This document shows positions 20,580 to 30,860 of a stretch of 64,000 nucleotides of DNA, in pieces. The DNA comes from an uncultured virus (IMG/VR IMGVR_UViG_3300035670_000136) (Duplodnaviria; Heunggongvirae; Uroviricota; Caudoviricetes). The translations under genes and the position numbers were made by a program. The stretch is taken from the IMG/VR virus record IMGVR_UViG_3300035670_000136, one strand, 5' to 3'. The notes under the pieces were generated by a model. The model was not told where the DNA came from, did no database searches, and worked only from the letters and a program-made list of their open reading frames with translations. Each line of letters opens with the position of its first letter. The stretch's first letter is position 1.

Positions 20580-21340
20580 TGGCTAAACCTACCTCTCGCA
20601 CTGAATTAAAAGACTATGCTCTACGCAAATTAGGCTTTCCAGTCATAGAAATTAACGTAGATGACGATCAACTGGATGATCGCATCGACGAAGCTCTTAC
20701 AATGTATCAGCAGTTTCACTACGATGCGGTTGAAAAAACTTACTTAAAGCATCAAGTGACTCAAGGAGATATTTCTAACACTTATATTTCTATGCCAAGC
20801 ACCGTGATTGGCGTCACTCGTATGTTTCCAATTGGATCAGATAGTGTCAATTCAAACGCTGCAGGCAATTTCAATATGTTCGATTTGACGTATCAATTAC
20901 GTCTAAATGAACTATACGATTTCACTTCTGCTGATTACGTTTACTATGCATTAGCAAAACAACATATTCGCACATTAGATCTTTTATTTTTAGGCGAACA
21001 ACCAATTCGCTTCAATCGACATGACGATAAACTCTACATCGATATGAAATGGGATAATAGAGTTGTTGCAGGCAGTTACTTGGTAATTGAATGTTATAAA
21101 ACTCTTGATCCAAACGTCGCCATTGAAGTTTGGAATGACGGATGGCTCAAGAAATATGTCACCGCATTGTTTAAGAAGCAATGGGGTGAGAATCTGAAAA
21201 AGTTTTCTGGTGTTCAACTTCCTGGTGGAATCACTTTGAACGGTCAACAAATATGGAATGAGGCTGAACAAGAAATTGAACGTCTTGAAGAAAAACTTCG
21301 GGACACCTACGAAGAACCACCACAATTTGAGATTGGTTAA
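20579..21340 (+). CDS. gp13: Neck protein gp13
   Basis: LRKLGFPVIEINVDDDQ, QWGENLKKF.G.QLPGG.TLNG. Confidence 0.9.
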   Translation: MAKPTSRTELKDYALRKLGFPVIEINVDDDQLDDRIDEALTMYQQFHYDAVEKTYLKHQVTQGDISNTYISMPSTVIGVTRMFPIGSDSVNSNAAGNFNMFDLTYQLRLNELYDFTSADYVYYALAKQHIRTLDLLFLGEQPIRFNRHDDKLYIDMKWDNRVVAGSYLVIECYKTLDPNVAIEVWNDGWLKKYVTALFKKQWGENLKKFSGVQLPGGITLNGQQIWNEAEQEIERLEEKLRDTYEEPPQFEIG

Positions 21341-22203
21341 TGCCAACATCAGTATACTTTAATAATTATAATTCTACTCCAGAACAACGATTATACGAAG
21401 ATTTAATCGGTGAAGTCGTCAACACATATGGAATCGACGCAAAGTATATTCCAAGAGAAACCGATTCAACTTTTGATTTATTATTCGGTGATGATCCAAC
21501 TAAGAAATATGATTCATCATATCCAATTGCTGTATATGTTCAAAATGTTGACGGTTTTCAAGGCGGCGACTTGTTTAGTAAATTTGGTCTTGAAATTCGT
21601 AAACAAGTTCAATTCATAATTCCTCATCGCGCATTTAAGCGAGGCATTCCGCAAAATTTACTTCGCCCAAGAGAGGGCGATTTATTGTGGCTTACAAATT
21701 TTAGAAATTTGTTTGAAATTACTTACGTTGAACGTGATAACTTTTTCTACACTTTTGGTAAATCAAGTTACTATGGGTTTCTTGTTACTTGCGAACTATT
21801 TCGCTACAGCAACGAAAGTCTTGAAGTTGGCGATCCAGAAGTTGTTGGCGTTGAAAATTCAAATAGTTTTGTTTATGAATATACCATGACTTCTGGTGGA
21901 ACTTTAACCTATAATTTAAATGAACAAGTTTATCAAGGTAATACACTAAACACTGCAACAGCAACAGGTTATGTTGTTGAATGGGATAAACCAACATTAA
22001 AACTTAAATTGAAAAATACAAAGGGAAGTTTTGCTACAGGATCAGCAATTAAAGGTGTTGGATCAAATGCATCATTCATATTGAGCAGTGTAAATCTTGC
22101 AGACAATGTGAATGATGGTCTTGACAATAACGATTTAATTGAATTTGAAGCCGATGGTGGTATCTTAGACTTCACAGAATCAAACCCATTTGGTGAACCT
22201 TAA
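21340..22203 (+). CDS. gp14: Neck protein gp14
   Basis: YIPRE, FSKFGLEI, PREGDL, DFTESNPFG; synteny. Confidence 0.9.
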   Translation: MPTSVYFNNYNSTPEQRLYEDLIGEVVNTYGIDAKYIPRETDSTFDLLFGDDPTKKYDSSYPIAVYVQNVDGFQGGDLFSKFGLEIRKQVQFIIPHRAFKRGIPQNLLRPREGDLLWLTNFRNLFEITYVERDNFFYTFGKSSYYGFLVTCELFRYSNESLEVGDPEVVGVENSNSFVYEYTMTSGGTLTYNLNEQVYQGNTLNTATATGYVVEWDKPTLKLKLKNTKGSFATGSAIKGVGSNASFILSSVNLADNVNDGLDNNDLIEFEADGGILDFTESNPFGEP

Positions 22204-23279
22204 TGTTATCTGGTTCATCATTCTATCATAGAATTATACGAAAAAATGTGATCGCTTTCGGATCAGTTTTTAATGACATTACATTAAAGCGTTACAGTTA
22301 TAATACATTTACAGAACTTGAGCGTTTTAAAGTTCCGTTATCATATGCACCAAAAGAAACATTTATAACAAAACTTCTTGGCGATCCTGATCTTCAAAAG
22401 AACGTTCAAACAACTTTACCAAGAATGTCGTTTGAAATAACTTCTATCGCATACGATTCAGCAAGAAAATTATCTTCATTTAACGAAACGTTTTATGTAA
22501 AATCAAATTCAAAATTAGATTATTTGCGTAGCGGCGTTCCATATACTATCGGATTTGAATTGAATGTTTATGCGCGTAATGTAGAAGATGGTACGCAAAT
22601 TATTGAACAAATTCTTCCATACTTTGAACCAGACTATACAGTATCAATTAATTTTATTGATAATATTGAAACAAAAAGAGACGTTCCTATTATTTTAAAT
22701 GATGTATCATACTCGCAAGAATACGAAGGAGAAAAAGGAACAGTAAGATATTTGATTTGGACTTTAAATTTTAGTATGAAAACTTACTTTTACACTGGCG
22801 CTTCTGAAGGAAGCCTCATTAGAAAAACTATTGCAAATACATCTTTTGAACTTGAGAATACGGCACTACGTCAATTTGTTTTAGAAAACAATTGTGTATT
22901 TAAACTTGGTGAAGTTGTATATCAAGGCGACAATATTCCAACAGCAACAGCAATTGGTCGAGTCAGCAGTCAAAATGGAAACACAGTCACAATTCAAGTT
23001 CAGACAGGAACTTTTGTCGAAAACGTTGTGTTAAAAGGTGATGAGTCAGGAGTAACCTGCACAATTAATCAAGATGTAAATGTTCCATTGCAAGTTGTTT
23101 ATCAATCTGTAACACCTGATCCAATAGGCGCAGCATCAAATAGTGATTTTGGATTTACTAATGTGTTGCAAGAATATCCTTATATCAATCCTGTGACTGC
23201 AAATACAGACACATATACTGTTGATTCTTTTGTCATTACAGCAGACACCCAATTACTAACTTCAGACGAAGAGCAATAA
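22203..23279 (+). CDS. gp15: Tail sheath stabiliser / terminator gp15
   Basis: [32 protein letters not shown]. Confidence 0.9.
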   Translation: MLSGSSFYHRIIRKNVIAFGSVFNDITLKRYSYNTFTELERFKVPLSYAPKETFITKLLGDPDLQKNVQTTLPRMSFEITSIAYDSARKLSSFNETFYVKSNSKLDYLRSGVPYTIGFELNVYARNVEDGTQIIEQILPYFEPDYTVSINFIDNIETKRDVPIILNDVSYSQEYEGEKGTVRYLIWTLNFSMKTYFYTGASEGSLIRKTIANTSFELENTALRQFVLENNCVFKLGEVVYQGDNIPTATAIGRVSSQNGNTVTIQVQTGTFVENVVLKGDESGVTCTINQDVNVPLQVVYQSVTPDPIGAASNSDFGFTNVLQEYPYINPVTANTDTYTVDSFVITADTQLLTSDEEQ

Positions 23280-23280
23280 A

Positions 23281-24951
23281 ATGGCAAGACAAAATATTAA
23301 TATCGGCACAGCAGCAAATGACGGCACAGGCGATAAACTTCGCGTTGCATTCGATAAAGTTAATGATAATTTTATTGAGTTATATGAACAGGGCGATAAA
23401 GGCGCAAAGGGCGATAAGGGCGAACCTGGAAGTAGCGAATCAGGCGTTCAAGGTGCACAAGGTTTTCAAGGCGTTCAGGGTGCTACTGGTTCTGTTGGTG
23501 CACAAGGTGATGTTGGCACAAAAGGCGAAAAAGGCGATGTTGGTGAACAAGGCAGTCAAGGAACACAAGGTATACAGGGTGCCTCTGGTTCTGGTACGCA
23601 AGGCGATCAAGGATTTCAAGGCGATAAAGGTGAAACTGGAGCACAAGGTGCTCAAGGCGCTCAAGGCGTACAAGGGGATAAAGGTGAAACTGGCGCACAA
23701 GGCGTTCAAGGTGCAGAGGGAACTGGTGCTCAAGGCGCTCAAGGCGTACAAGGGGATAAAGGTGAAACTGGCGCACAAGGCATTCAGGGCGCTGTTGGTG
23801 TGCAGGGTGACCAAGGTGCTGTTGGCGCACAGGGCGATCAGGGAGCTGTTGGGGCACAAGGCGATCAAGGTGCTGTTGGGGCACAAGGCGATCAAGGTGC
23901 TGTTGGGGCACAAGGCGATCAAGGTGCTGTTGGCGCACAGGGCGATCAGGGAGCTGTTGGGGCACAAGGCGATCAAGGTGCTGTTGGGGCACAAGGCGAT
24001 CAAGGTGCTGTTGGCGCACAGGGTGACCAAGGTGCTGTTGGCGCACAGGGTGACCAAGGTGCTACTGGCGATCAAGGATCTCAAGGCATTCAAGGTGCAG
24101 AAGGAACAGGCGTTCAAGGAGCACAAGGATTTCAAGGCGTACAAGGCGCGGCGGGAAGTACATCTTTGCCATTAGCAAACGGAACTAGTGAAATCGACAT
24201 TAGTGCTGCGAGCGGTAATGTATCAATCACTTCAAATAACTACACTTGGGATTTTAGCGATAGAGGTTATTTGCATCTACCGCTTGGTCAAAATAATGAA
24301 TCTATTGTGACCTTTGCTACAAATCCAGGTGGTGGTTCATTTGATCAAGCAGATATTAAGTTTTATGTATCATCAGGCGAAAACACTGTTTTTGAAATTA
24401 AAAATAGAAATGATACATTAGACATAATTAAATTAGATGCATCAGGACCAATTAGTCTTGTTACTGACGGCGACGGTAATATCGGTGGACCATATACTTG
24501 GCAGTTCTCAACAAGTGGGTCTGTCACATTCCCAGATAGTAGCATACAAACAACGGCATTTACTGCAAATCCGACAGTCAATTTGTTAAATGTTAAACAA
24601 GTAATTGAAACTACAAATGCGCTATCGAGTGCAACTGGAACAGTTACACATAATTGTGCATTAGGTCATATTTTTGTCCACTCAAGCGTAAGTGCAAACT
24701 TCACTCCAAATTTCACAAATGTGACAATACCTACAAACAATGCAACTGCATTCACTCTCGTAATCAATCAAGGTGCAACTGCATATGTAGCAAATGCTGT
24801 GCAAATTGGTGGTGTAGCACAAACTGTAAATTGGTTGGGTAGCACAACCGCACCAGCAGGAAATGCAAACAAGAAGGATGTAATTTCTTTCAGTGTAGTA
24901 AATAATGATGGGACTTGGATTACATTGGGTCAATTGACTTCGTTTGGATAA
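23281..24951 (+). CDS. Collagen-like fibre with T4 gp9/gp10-type N-terminal motif
   Basis: [30 protein letters not shown] followed by a G-X-Y run and a C-terminal beta domain. Confidence 0.75.
   Translation: MARQNINIGTAANDGTGDKLRVAFDKVNDNFIELYEQGDKGAKGDKGEPGSSESGVQGAQGFQGVQGATGSVGAQGDVGTKGEKGDVGEQGSQGTQGIQGASGSGTQGDQGFQGDKGETGAQGAQGAQGVQGDKGETGAQGVQGAEGTGAQGAQGVQGDKGETGAQGIQGAVGVQGDQGAVGAQGDQGAVGAQGDQGAVGAQGDQGAVGAQGDQGAVGAQGDQGAVGAQGDQGAVGAQGDQGAVGAQGDQGAVGAQGDQGATGDQGSQGIQGAEGTGVQGAQGFQGVQGAAGSTSLPLANGTSEIDISAASGNVSITSNNYTWDFSDRGYLHLPLGQNNESIVTFATNPGGGSFDQADIKFYVSSGENTVFEIKNRNDTLDIIKLDASGPISLVTDGDGNIGGPYTWQFSTSGSVTFPDSSIQTTAFTANPTVNLLNVKQVIETTNALSSATGTVTHNCALGHIFVHSSVSANFTPNFTNVTIPTNNATAFTLVINQGATAYVANAVQIGGVAQTVNWLGSTTAPAGNANKKDVISFSVVNNDGTWITLGQLTSFG
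23806..24048 (+). repeat. Nine 27-bp tandem repeats encoding GDQGAVGAQ
   Basis: Copies every 27 nt from 23806, differing only at synonymous sites. Confidence 0.9.
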
Positions 24952-24954
24952 TTT

Positions 24955-25716
24955 ATGCTAAGTTCTTTTTCGAGCAAATATAGTTTTGGTAGAATTAAAG
25001 CTGCTGCAGCCATATCAGGAATTGTAACAGATAATTTGTTTATGCATCTAGATGCAAGCAATTCTTCATCATATTCTGGTAGTGGTACAACTTGGACAGA
25101 CTTAACTGGCAATGGTAACGATGGTACTATTAATGGTGCAACTTGGAGTTCTACTGATAGTGGTATATTCGATTTTGATGGAACAAATGACACAATTCAA
25201 ATAGCACATAACTCATCATTATCGTTGTCTACTGGCGCACAAAGAACAATGCAAATTTGGGTTAAATTTGATGCATTAGGATCAACAAGCACTTCTCAGG
25301 TTCCAGTATTTGGTAAGTTATCGAGTTCATATTCGTTTGATGGTTACTGGGGTGGGCTTTACGGTAACACAGGCACTATAAGGGTTGTTACTAATGGTGC
25401 AAGTGCGCAAAAAATATCCACATCTACATCTACTGTGAGTATTGATACATGGTATTTGTTTACTTTTATTTCACAAATCACAAATACATCAAATACAACA
25501 AAAGCATATATTAATACCACAGAATATATAACAAATGCACATGGTACAGATACCATAACAGAATCAAATCCACTTTATCTTGGATACATTGGTGCTGGTG
25601 TAAGTTCATTGTATTTAAATGGTAAAATTGGAGCATGCTATTTTTATACTGACGGATTAACTGTTTCAGAAATTACTCAAAATTATAATGCAACTAAATC
25701 GAGATATGGGCTATAA
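24955..25716 (+). CDS. LamG / concanavalin A-like lectin domain protein
   Basis: LDASN.SSY.GSGTTWTDL.GNGN, FDFDGTND, QNYNA.K.RYGL. Confidence 0.75.
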   Translation: MLSSFSSKYSFGRIKAAAAISGIVTDNLFMHLDASNSSSYSGSGTTWTDLTGNGNDGTINGATWSSTDSGIFDFDGTNDTIQIAHNSSLSLSTGAQRTMQIWVKFDALGSTSTSQVPVFGKLSSSYSFDGYWGGLYGNTGTIRVVTNGASAQKISTSTSTVSIDTWYLFTFISQITNTSNTTKAYINTTEYITNAHGTDTITESNPLYLGYIGAGVSSLYLNGKIGACYFYTDGLTVSEITQNYNATKSRYGL

Positions 25717-26444
25717 TGATTAATACTTTTACTGGCTCGTTTCAATTCGGTCGCAATAACATCAGTTTTACAAAAACTAATCTTGTGTTATACTATGATC
25801 CAAACAATATCGACAGTTATCCTGGTTCTGGAACGACCATAAACAGTTTAGTTTCGCCAAATTTGACTGGCACTTTGAGTAATGTGAATTTAACTGCACC
25901 ATATTTTGATTACAATGGATCAAATTCTCAAATTAGTATCGCAGACACAGCATCATTAGAACCAGGTAGTGGTGATTGGACTATGGAAGCATGGTTTAAC
26001 ACTACTGCATTTAAAACGGGCAGTGCTGGCGTTATAGTTGGCAAATTTGATGCGGGTGGTTTGTCAGCCGATGTATCGTACAGCATTAGAACGAACAACA
26101 CTGGTATTTTATATGCACAAATTGGTAATGGATCAACAGTCGTTAACAGCACAAACTATCAAACTGTGTTAAATACTTGGGCTCAAGTAGTTTATGTTTG
26201 GCAAAATGTAGCAACTAATAGTTTAGAAACTTATATCAACGGAAGCAGTATAGGGTCGACTTCACATAGTTTTGCAAGTATACTCAATACATCAACAAAC
26301 TTGTATATTGGTTCATACAACGGCGGAGAATATTCGCAATATTTTAATGGCAAGATAGGTATCGTTAGATTATATAATAGGGCGCTCTCACCAGGAGAAG
26401 TGTCACGAAACTTTAATGCGAATAAAGGAATATATGGACTATGA
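25716..26444 (+). CDS. LamG / concanavalin A-like lectin domain protein (paralog of the preceding gene)
   Basis: YD.NN..SYPGSG, WTMEAW, YING, FNGKIG.VRLYNRALS. Confidence 0.75.
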   Translation: MINTFTGSFQFGRNNISFTKTNLVLYYDPNNIDSYPGSGTTINSLVSPNLTGTLSNVNLTAPYFDYNGSNSQISIADTASLEPGSGDWTMEAWFNTTAFKTGSAGVIVGKFDAGGLSADVSYSIRTNNTGILYAQIGNGSTVVNSTNYQTVLNTWAQVVYVWQNVATNSLETYINGSSIGSTSHSFASILNTSTNLYIGSYNGGEYSQYFNGKIGIVRLYNRALSPGEVSRNFNANKGIYGL

Positions 26445-26851
26445 GCGACATTAATCAAAAACTATCTGATGCGCTTGGTGTAGATTATGCGCCTGTTGTC
26501 GTTGAAGAAAACGAAAAACAGATAACAATACATCAATCAGAATCAACAAACCCTGATGCAGATTACGTTCGTTCAAATTATTATGGTTTAATCGAAAAAG
26601 GCAATGAAGCATTAGAAGGAATTCTTGAAGTTGCAAAACAATCGCAACATCCAAGAGCATATGAAGTTGCTGCAAATATGATTAAAAATATGTCAGATGT
26701 GACTGAAAAATTGATGGTATTGCAAAAGCAGCGCAAAGAGTTAGAAGGACCAGAAGAAACTCGAAAAACCCTAAATATAGATAAAGCAGTCGTATTTACT
26801 GGATCGACTGCAGATCTATTGAAAAAACTTAAAAGCGAAAATTCTGTATAA
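26441..26851 (+). CDS. gp16: Terminase small subunit gp16
   Basis: HPRAYEV, FTGST.DL motifs; upstream of terL. Confidence 0.85.
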   Translation: MSDINQKLSDALGVDYAPVVVEENEKQITIHQSESTNPDADYVRSNYYGLIEKGNEALEGILEVAKQSQHPRAYEVAANMIKNMSDVTEKLMVLQKQRKELEGPEETRKTLNIDKAVVFTGSTADLLKKLKSENSV

Positions 26852-28497
26852 TGATACCAAGTAAGATGAAACATTATCTCGGCAATCCGAAGCTGAAGCG
26901 CGTTGGCATTATTCAGCAGATGACCGAGCATGAAGTTACTGAGTACATCAAATGTTCTGAATCTCCTGTATACTTTATCGAGAATTACGTTAAGATCGTC
27001 ACACTTGATAAAGGTTTCGTCAGCGTTTCACTATACCCATTTCAAAAAGAAGCTGTTGATAAAATAAACAACAATCGCATGGTGATTGTAAAGGCTGGTC
27101 GTCAGATCGGTAAAACCACCATGATTGTAGGTTACATTCTTTGGTACATTTTATTCAACGAAGATAAGTTTGTAGCCATTCTTGCAAACAAAGCAAAAAC
27201 TTCTCGTGAAATTCTTAATCGTGTCAAACTCGCTTATGAATCACTACCAATGTGGTTGCAGCAAGGTGTGCGTACATGGAACAAAGGTGACATTGAATTG
27301 GAAAACAACTGCCGTGTAATGGCAGAATCGACCGCCTCTAGTGCAATTCGTGGTTTCTCTATCTCGCTACTGTATCTCGACGAGTTTGCATTCGTACCAA
27401 CTAACATTGCTGACGAATTCTTCACGTCTGTATATCCAACGATTTCTTCTGGTACGAGTTCTAAGGTTTTGATTTCTTCAACTCCAAATGGTATGAATCA
27501 CTATTATAGAATGTGGACGGAAGCAGTCGAAGGTCAAAATGGCTTTGCTTGGATTGAGGCTAACTGGCGTCAGATTCCAGGTCGTACGCAAGAATGGGCA
27601 AACGAACAACGTCGTGTTCTTGGCGAAGAAAAGTATTTACAGGAAATGGAATGCGAGTTCATGGGTTCTGCTGGAACTCTCATTTCCGCTCCAGCACTTA
27701 AATCTCTCGCCTTTGTTAAACCATTGCACCTATCTGATACAGGCATTAAGATATACAAACAACCTGTGGTCGGTCGAAATTACGTTACGATCGTGGATAC
27801 TTCTCGCGGTAAGGGGTTGGACTATTCAGCCGCAGTCACAATTGATATTACGGAAATGCCTTACGAAGTAGTTTGCGTCTATAAAGATAATGAAATTAGT
27901 CCATTGGTTTATCCTTCGATTATTAAGAAAATTGGCGAGTATTATAATCAGTCTTATGCACTTATCGAAATTAACGATAACGGACAACAGATCGTCGACA
28001 GTTTATTCGACGATTATGAATATGAGAATATATTATCGACAGTTCAGGTACGAAATAAGGTTCTCGTAACTGGCGGATACGGTAGAAATATTCAACGAGG
28101 CATTCGTACCACAAAATCGGTAAAAAGACTCGGTTGTTCAATTTTAAAAAATTTAATTGAAGCCACGAAATTACATATCACTGATTTTGACATAATTTCC
28201 GAACTTTCGACCTTTGTGGCAAAAGGATCCAGTTTTGAAGCCGAGGACGGCAGTCATGACGACCTCGTTATGTGTTTAGTTCTCTTTGCATGGCTCTCAA
28301 ATCAAGAGTTTTTTAAAGATTTATCAAATATCAACCTTCGAAGCAAACTTTATGCCGATCAAATGAATGCTATCGAAGAAGAATCTTTACCTTTACCGAT
28401 CATTTTGGATGATGTTGCAGAAGTGCAGCGAATGCGAATGGGTGGTGACTTATGGACAGTAGTAGAAAGAGATGAATCTGACAAATATGGTTTTTAA
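26851..28497 (+). CDS. gp17: Terminase large subunit gp17
   Basis: RQIGKTT Walker A, LYLDEFAF Walker B, STPNG, HDDLVM. Confidence 0.95.
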   Translation: MIPSKMKHYLGNPKLKRVGIIQQMTEHEVTEYIKCSESPVYFIENYVKIVTLDKGFVSVSLYPFQKEAVDKINNNRMVIVKAGRQIGKTTMIVGYILWYILFNEDKFVAILANKAKTSREILNRVKLAYESLPMWLQQGVRTWNKGDIELENNCRVMAESTASSAIRGFSISLLYLDEFAFVPTNIADEFFTSVYPTISSGTSSKVLISSTPNGMNHYYRMWTEAVEGQNGFAWIEANWRQIPGRTQEWANEQRRVLGEEKYLQEMECEFMGSAGTLISAPALKSLAFVKPLHLSDTGIKIYKQPVVGRNYVTIVDTSRGKGLDYSAAVTIDITEMPYEVVCVYKDNEISPLVYPSIIKKIGEYYNQSYALIEINDNGQQIVDSLFDDYEYENILSTVQVRNKVLVTGGYGRNIQRGIRTTKSVKRLGCSILKNLIEATKLHITDFDIISELSTFVAKGSSFEAEDGSHDDLVMCLVLFAWLSNQEFFKDLSNINLRSKLYADQMNAIEEESLPLPIILDDVAEVQRMRMGGDLWTVVERDESDKYGF

Positions 28498-28503
28498 TAA
28501 ATA
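28496..28503 (+). promoter_or_regulatory. Putative late promoter AATAAATA for gp18
   Basis: T4 late-promoter-like, about 45 nt before the gp18 start; the same motif precedes gp19 at 30227. Confidence 0.6.
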
Positions 28504-28548
28504 TCCCGTAGAACCTACAAGATTGATCTCTACCCTAGGAGAATAAAC

Positions 28549-30228
28549 ATGGCTTTTCAATTATCACCAGGTGTAAATGTTTCTGAAGTCGATTTAACAA
28601 CAGTTGTCCCTGCTGTTGGTACAACGACTGGCGCCCTCGTTGGAACATTTGCATGGGGTCCAGCGAACCAAATTACGCTTGTTTCCTCAGAAAACAAGCT
28701 CGTGGAAATTTTCGGCAAACCAACGAACGAAACGGCAAACGATTTCTTTACCGCAGCAAACTTTCTTGCATACGGCAATTCATTACGCCTAGTTCGTGCG
28801 AACACAAATTCAAACAATGCGACAGTAAACGGCGCAACAGGATTTAAAGTTAACAACGATGAAGAATATGTTGCAAGTTACTATGCTTCAGGAAATACTG
28901 AGTACGGTCCTTTCTGCGCTCGTTATCCTGGTGCACTAGGTAACTCTTTAAAAGTTTCTGTTTGCGACTCCGCTACTGCATATGCAAGCTGGGCGTATAA
29001 GAATACATTTAGCGACGAACCAGGAACATCACTTTTTGCGCAATCGCGCGGTGCTACAGATGATGAAATGCACGTCGTAGTCGTCGACGAAGATGGTTTG
29101 ATTTCTGGTACACAAAACACAGTTATCGAAGCATTTGGATTCGTTTCAAAGGCTTCAGACGCTAAGAGCGATACTGGTGCATCAAATTACTATAAAGAAG
29201 TAATTTATCGCACATCAAACTATGTTCATTGGTTAGGTCATCCAGGCGCAAACGTAACAAACTGGGGTTCAGAAGCAACAAATGGTTTGTCGTTCGCAAC
29301 AAACGCTGCTGCAAATACCAAGTCATTAGCAAACGGTACAACAGTAACAGCAACATCAGGCAACCTACTTTATGGTTGGGACCGCTTTGAGTTGTCAGAA
29401 ACTGTTGATGTTTCTCTTCTCATGACTTCAAACGCTGAAGCAACAGTTGCAGGCGATGTAATTGATCTTGCTGCAGCTCGTCGTGACTGCGTTGCATTCG
29501 TATCACCTCCACTTGAGGCTGTACAAAGCGCAGATCCAGTCACTGAAGTTGTGACATATAAGACAAGTACATTAAACAAATCAACCAGTTATGCAGTAAT
29601 GGATAGCGGTTGGAAATACATGTACGATAAGTACAACGATGTTTATCGTTGGGTTCCACTCAATGGTGACATTGCTGGTCTTTGCGTACGCACTGATACA
29701 GAACGCGATCCTTGGTTCTCACCAGCTGGATTCAATCGCGGTCAAATCCGTAACATCGTAAAACTTGCATTTAACCCAAGTAAAACACAGCGCGATGAAC
29801 TATATCGCAACAGCATCAATCCAGTGGCTTCGTTCCCTGGTGAAGGTACTGTTCTATTCGGCGATAAGACGTTGCAATCTAAACCATCGTCATTTGATCG
29901 CATTAACGTTCGTCGCTTGTTTATCGTACTCGAAAAAGCAATTGCACGCGCTGCAAGAGCAAGTCTCTTTGAGTTTAACGACGAATTTACTCGTTCAAGT
30001 TTCGTAAATCTCGTCGAGCCATTCTTGCGAGAAGTACAAGGGCGTCGTGGTATTTTCGACTTCCGTGTTGTTTGTGACGCAACAAACAATACTCCAGAAG
30101 TGATTGACCGCAACGAGTTTGTCGGTGACATCTACATCAAGCCAACAAGATCAATCAACTTTATTCAGTTGAACTTTGTTGCTGTTCGTACTGGTGTTGC
30201 CTTCGACGAGATTGTCGGACGCTTCTAA
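28549..30228 (+). CDS. gp18: Tail sheath protein gp18
   Basis: LSPGV...E.D, WFSPAG.NRG, FDRINVRRLF, FEFND. Confidence 0.95.
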   Translation: MAFQLSPGVNVSEVDLTTVVPAVGTTTGALVGTFAWGPANQITLVSSENKLVEIFGKPTNETANDFFTAANFLAYGNSLRLVRANTNSNNATVNGATGFKVNNDEEYVASYYASGNTEYGPFCARYPGALGNSLKVSVCDSATAYASWAYKNTFSDEPGTSLFAQSRGATDDEMHVVVVDEDGLISGTQNTVIEAFGFVSKASDAKSDTGASNYYKEVIYRTSNYVHWLGHPGANVTNWGSEATNGLSFATNAAANTKSLANGTTVTATSGNLLYGWDRFELSETVDVSLLMTSNAEATVAGDVIDLAAARRDCVAFVSPPLEAVQSADPVTEVVTYKTSTLNKSTSYAVMDSGWKYMYDKYNDVYRWVPLNGDIAGLCVRTDTERDPWFSPAGFNRGQIRNIVKLAFNPSKTQRDELYRNSINPVASFPGEGTVLFGDKTLQSKPSSFDRINVRRLFIVLEKAIARAARASLFEFNDEFTRSSFVNLVEPFLREVQGRRGIFDFRVVCDATNNTPEVIDRNEFVGDIYIKPTRSINFIQLNFVAVRTGVAFDEIVGRF

Positions 30229-30260
30229 TAAATAGGATTAACGGCTAGGAGAAAGCAAAA

Positions 30261-30803
30261 ATGGCTTTTAACGTATACGATTTTAGATCATCATTGCAGT
30301 TCGACGGTGCACGTCCTAATCTATTTGAAGTGAATATTAACTTCCCAGGATTTCTTGGAGAAGATGCTGCTCGCAGACAACTTACCTTTTTGTGTAAGTC
30401 TGCACAGCTACCAGGTTCGATCATTTCACCAATCCAGTTATTCTACTTTGGACGTGAAGTGAAGTTCTCTGGTAATAGAACCTTCCAAGATTGGACAGTG
30501 CAGATCATTAACGACGAAGATTTTAGAGTAAGAAATGCCTTCGAAAGATGGATGAATGCTCTAAACAGTCACCAAACAAACCTTCGTAATCCAGTTGCTG
30601 GTACGCCAAACGGTTACACTGCTGACGCAATTGTAAATCAGTATGGCAAATCAGGCGACATTATTAAGTCTTACAAGTTTGTTGGTATGTTCCCAGTTGA
30701 CGTCACGCAAATTGACCTCGACTGGGGCGCAAATGATCAGATCGAAGAGTACGCAGTATCGTTCGCATATCAATACTGGACTGCTGCTGGCGTAACGACT
30801 TGA
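30261..30803 (+). CDS. gp19: Tail tube protein gp19
   Basis: GARPNLFEV, GNRTF.DW...IINDEDF. Confidence 0.95.
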   Translation: MAFNVYDFRSSLQFDGARPNLFEVNINFPGFLGEDAARRQLTFLCKSAQLPGSIISPIQLFYFGREVKFSGNRTFQDWTVQIINDEDFRVRNAFERWMNALNSHQTNLRNPVAGTPNGYTADAIVNQYGKSGDIIKSYKFVGMFPVDVTQIDLDWGANDQIEEYAVSFAYQYWTAAGVTT

Positions 30804-30806
30804 TTC

Positions 30807-30831
30807 TTGACTTACTTCTTCAGTAGGTCAA
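30807..30831 (+). other. Intergenic hairpin TTGACTTACT-TCTTC-AGTAGGTCAA (processing or pause site?)
   Basis: 10-bp inverted repeat with one G-U pair between gp19 and gp20; no U-tract. Confidence 0.4.
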
Positions 30832-30860
30832 TCCACATGATGACATCTCAGGTTTAAATT

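Noticed and set aside
23806..24048. 27-bp periodic repeat as a possible CRISPR array
   Set aside because: No unique spacers; it is an in-frame coding tandem repeat varying only at synonymous sites
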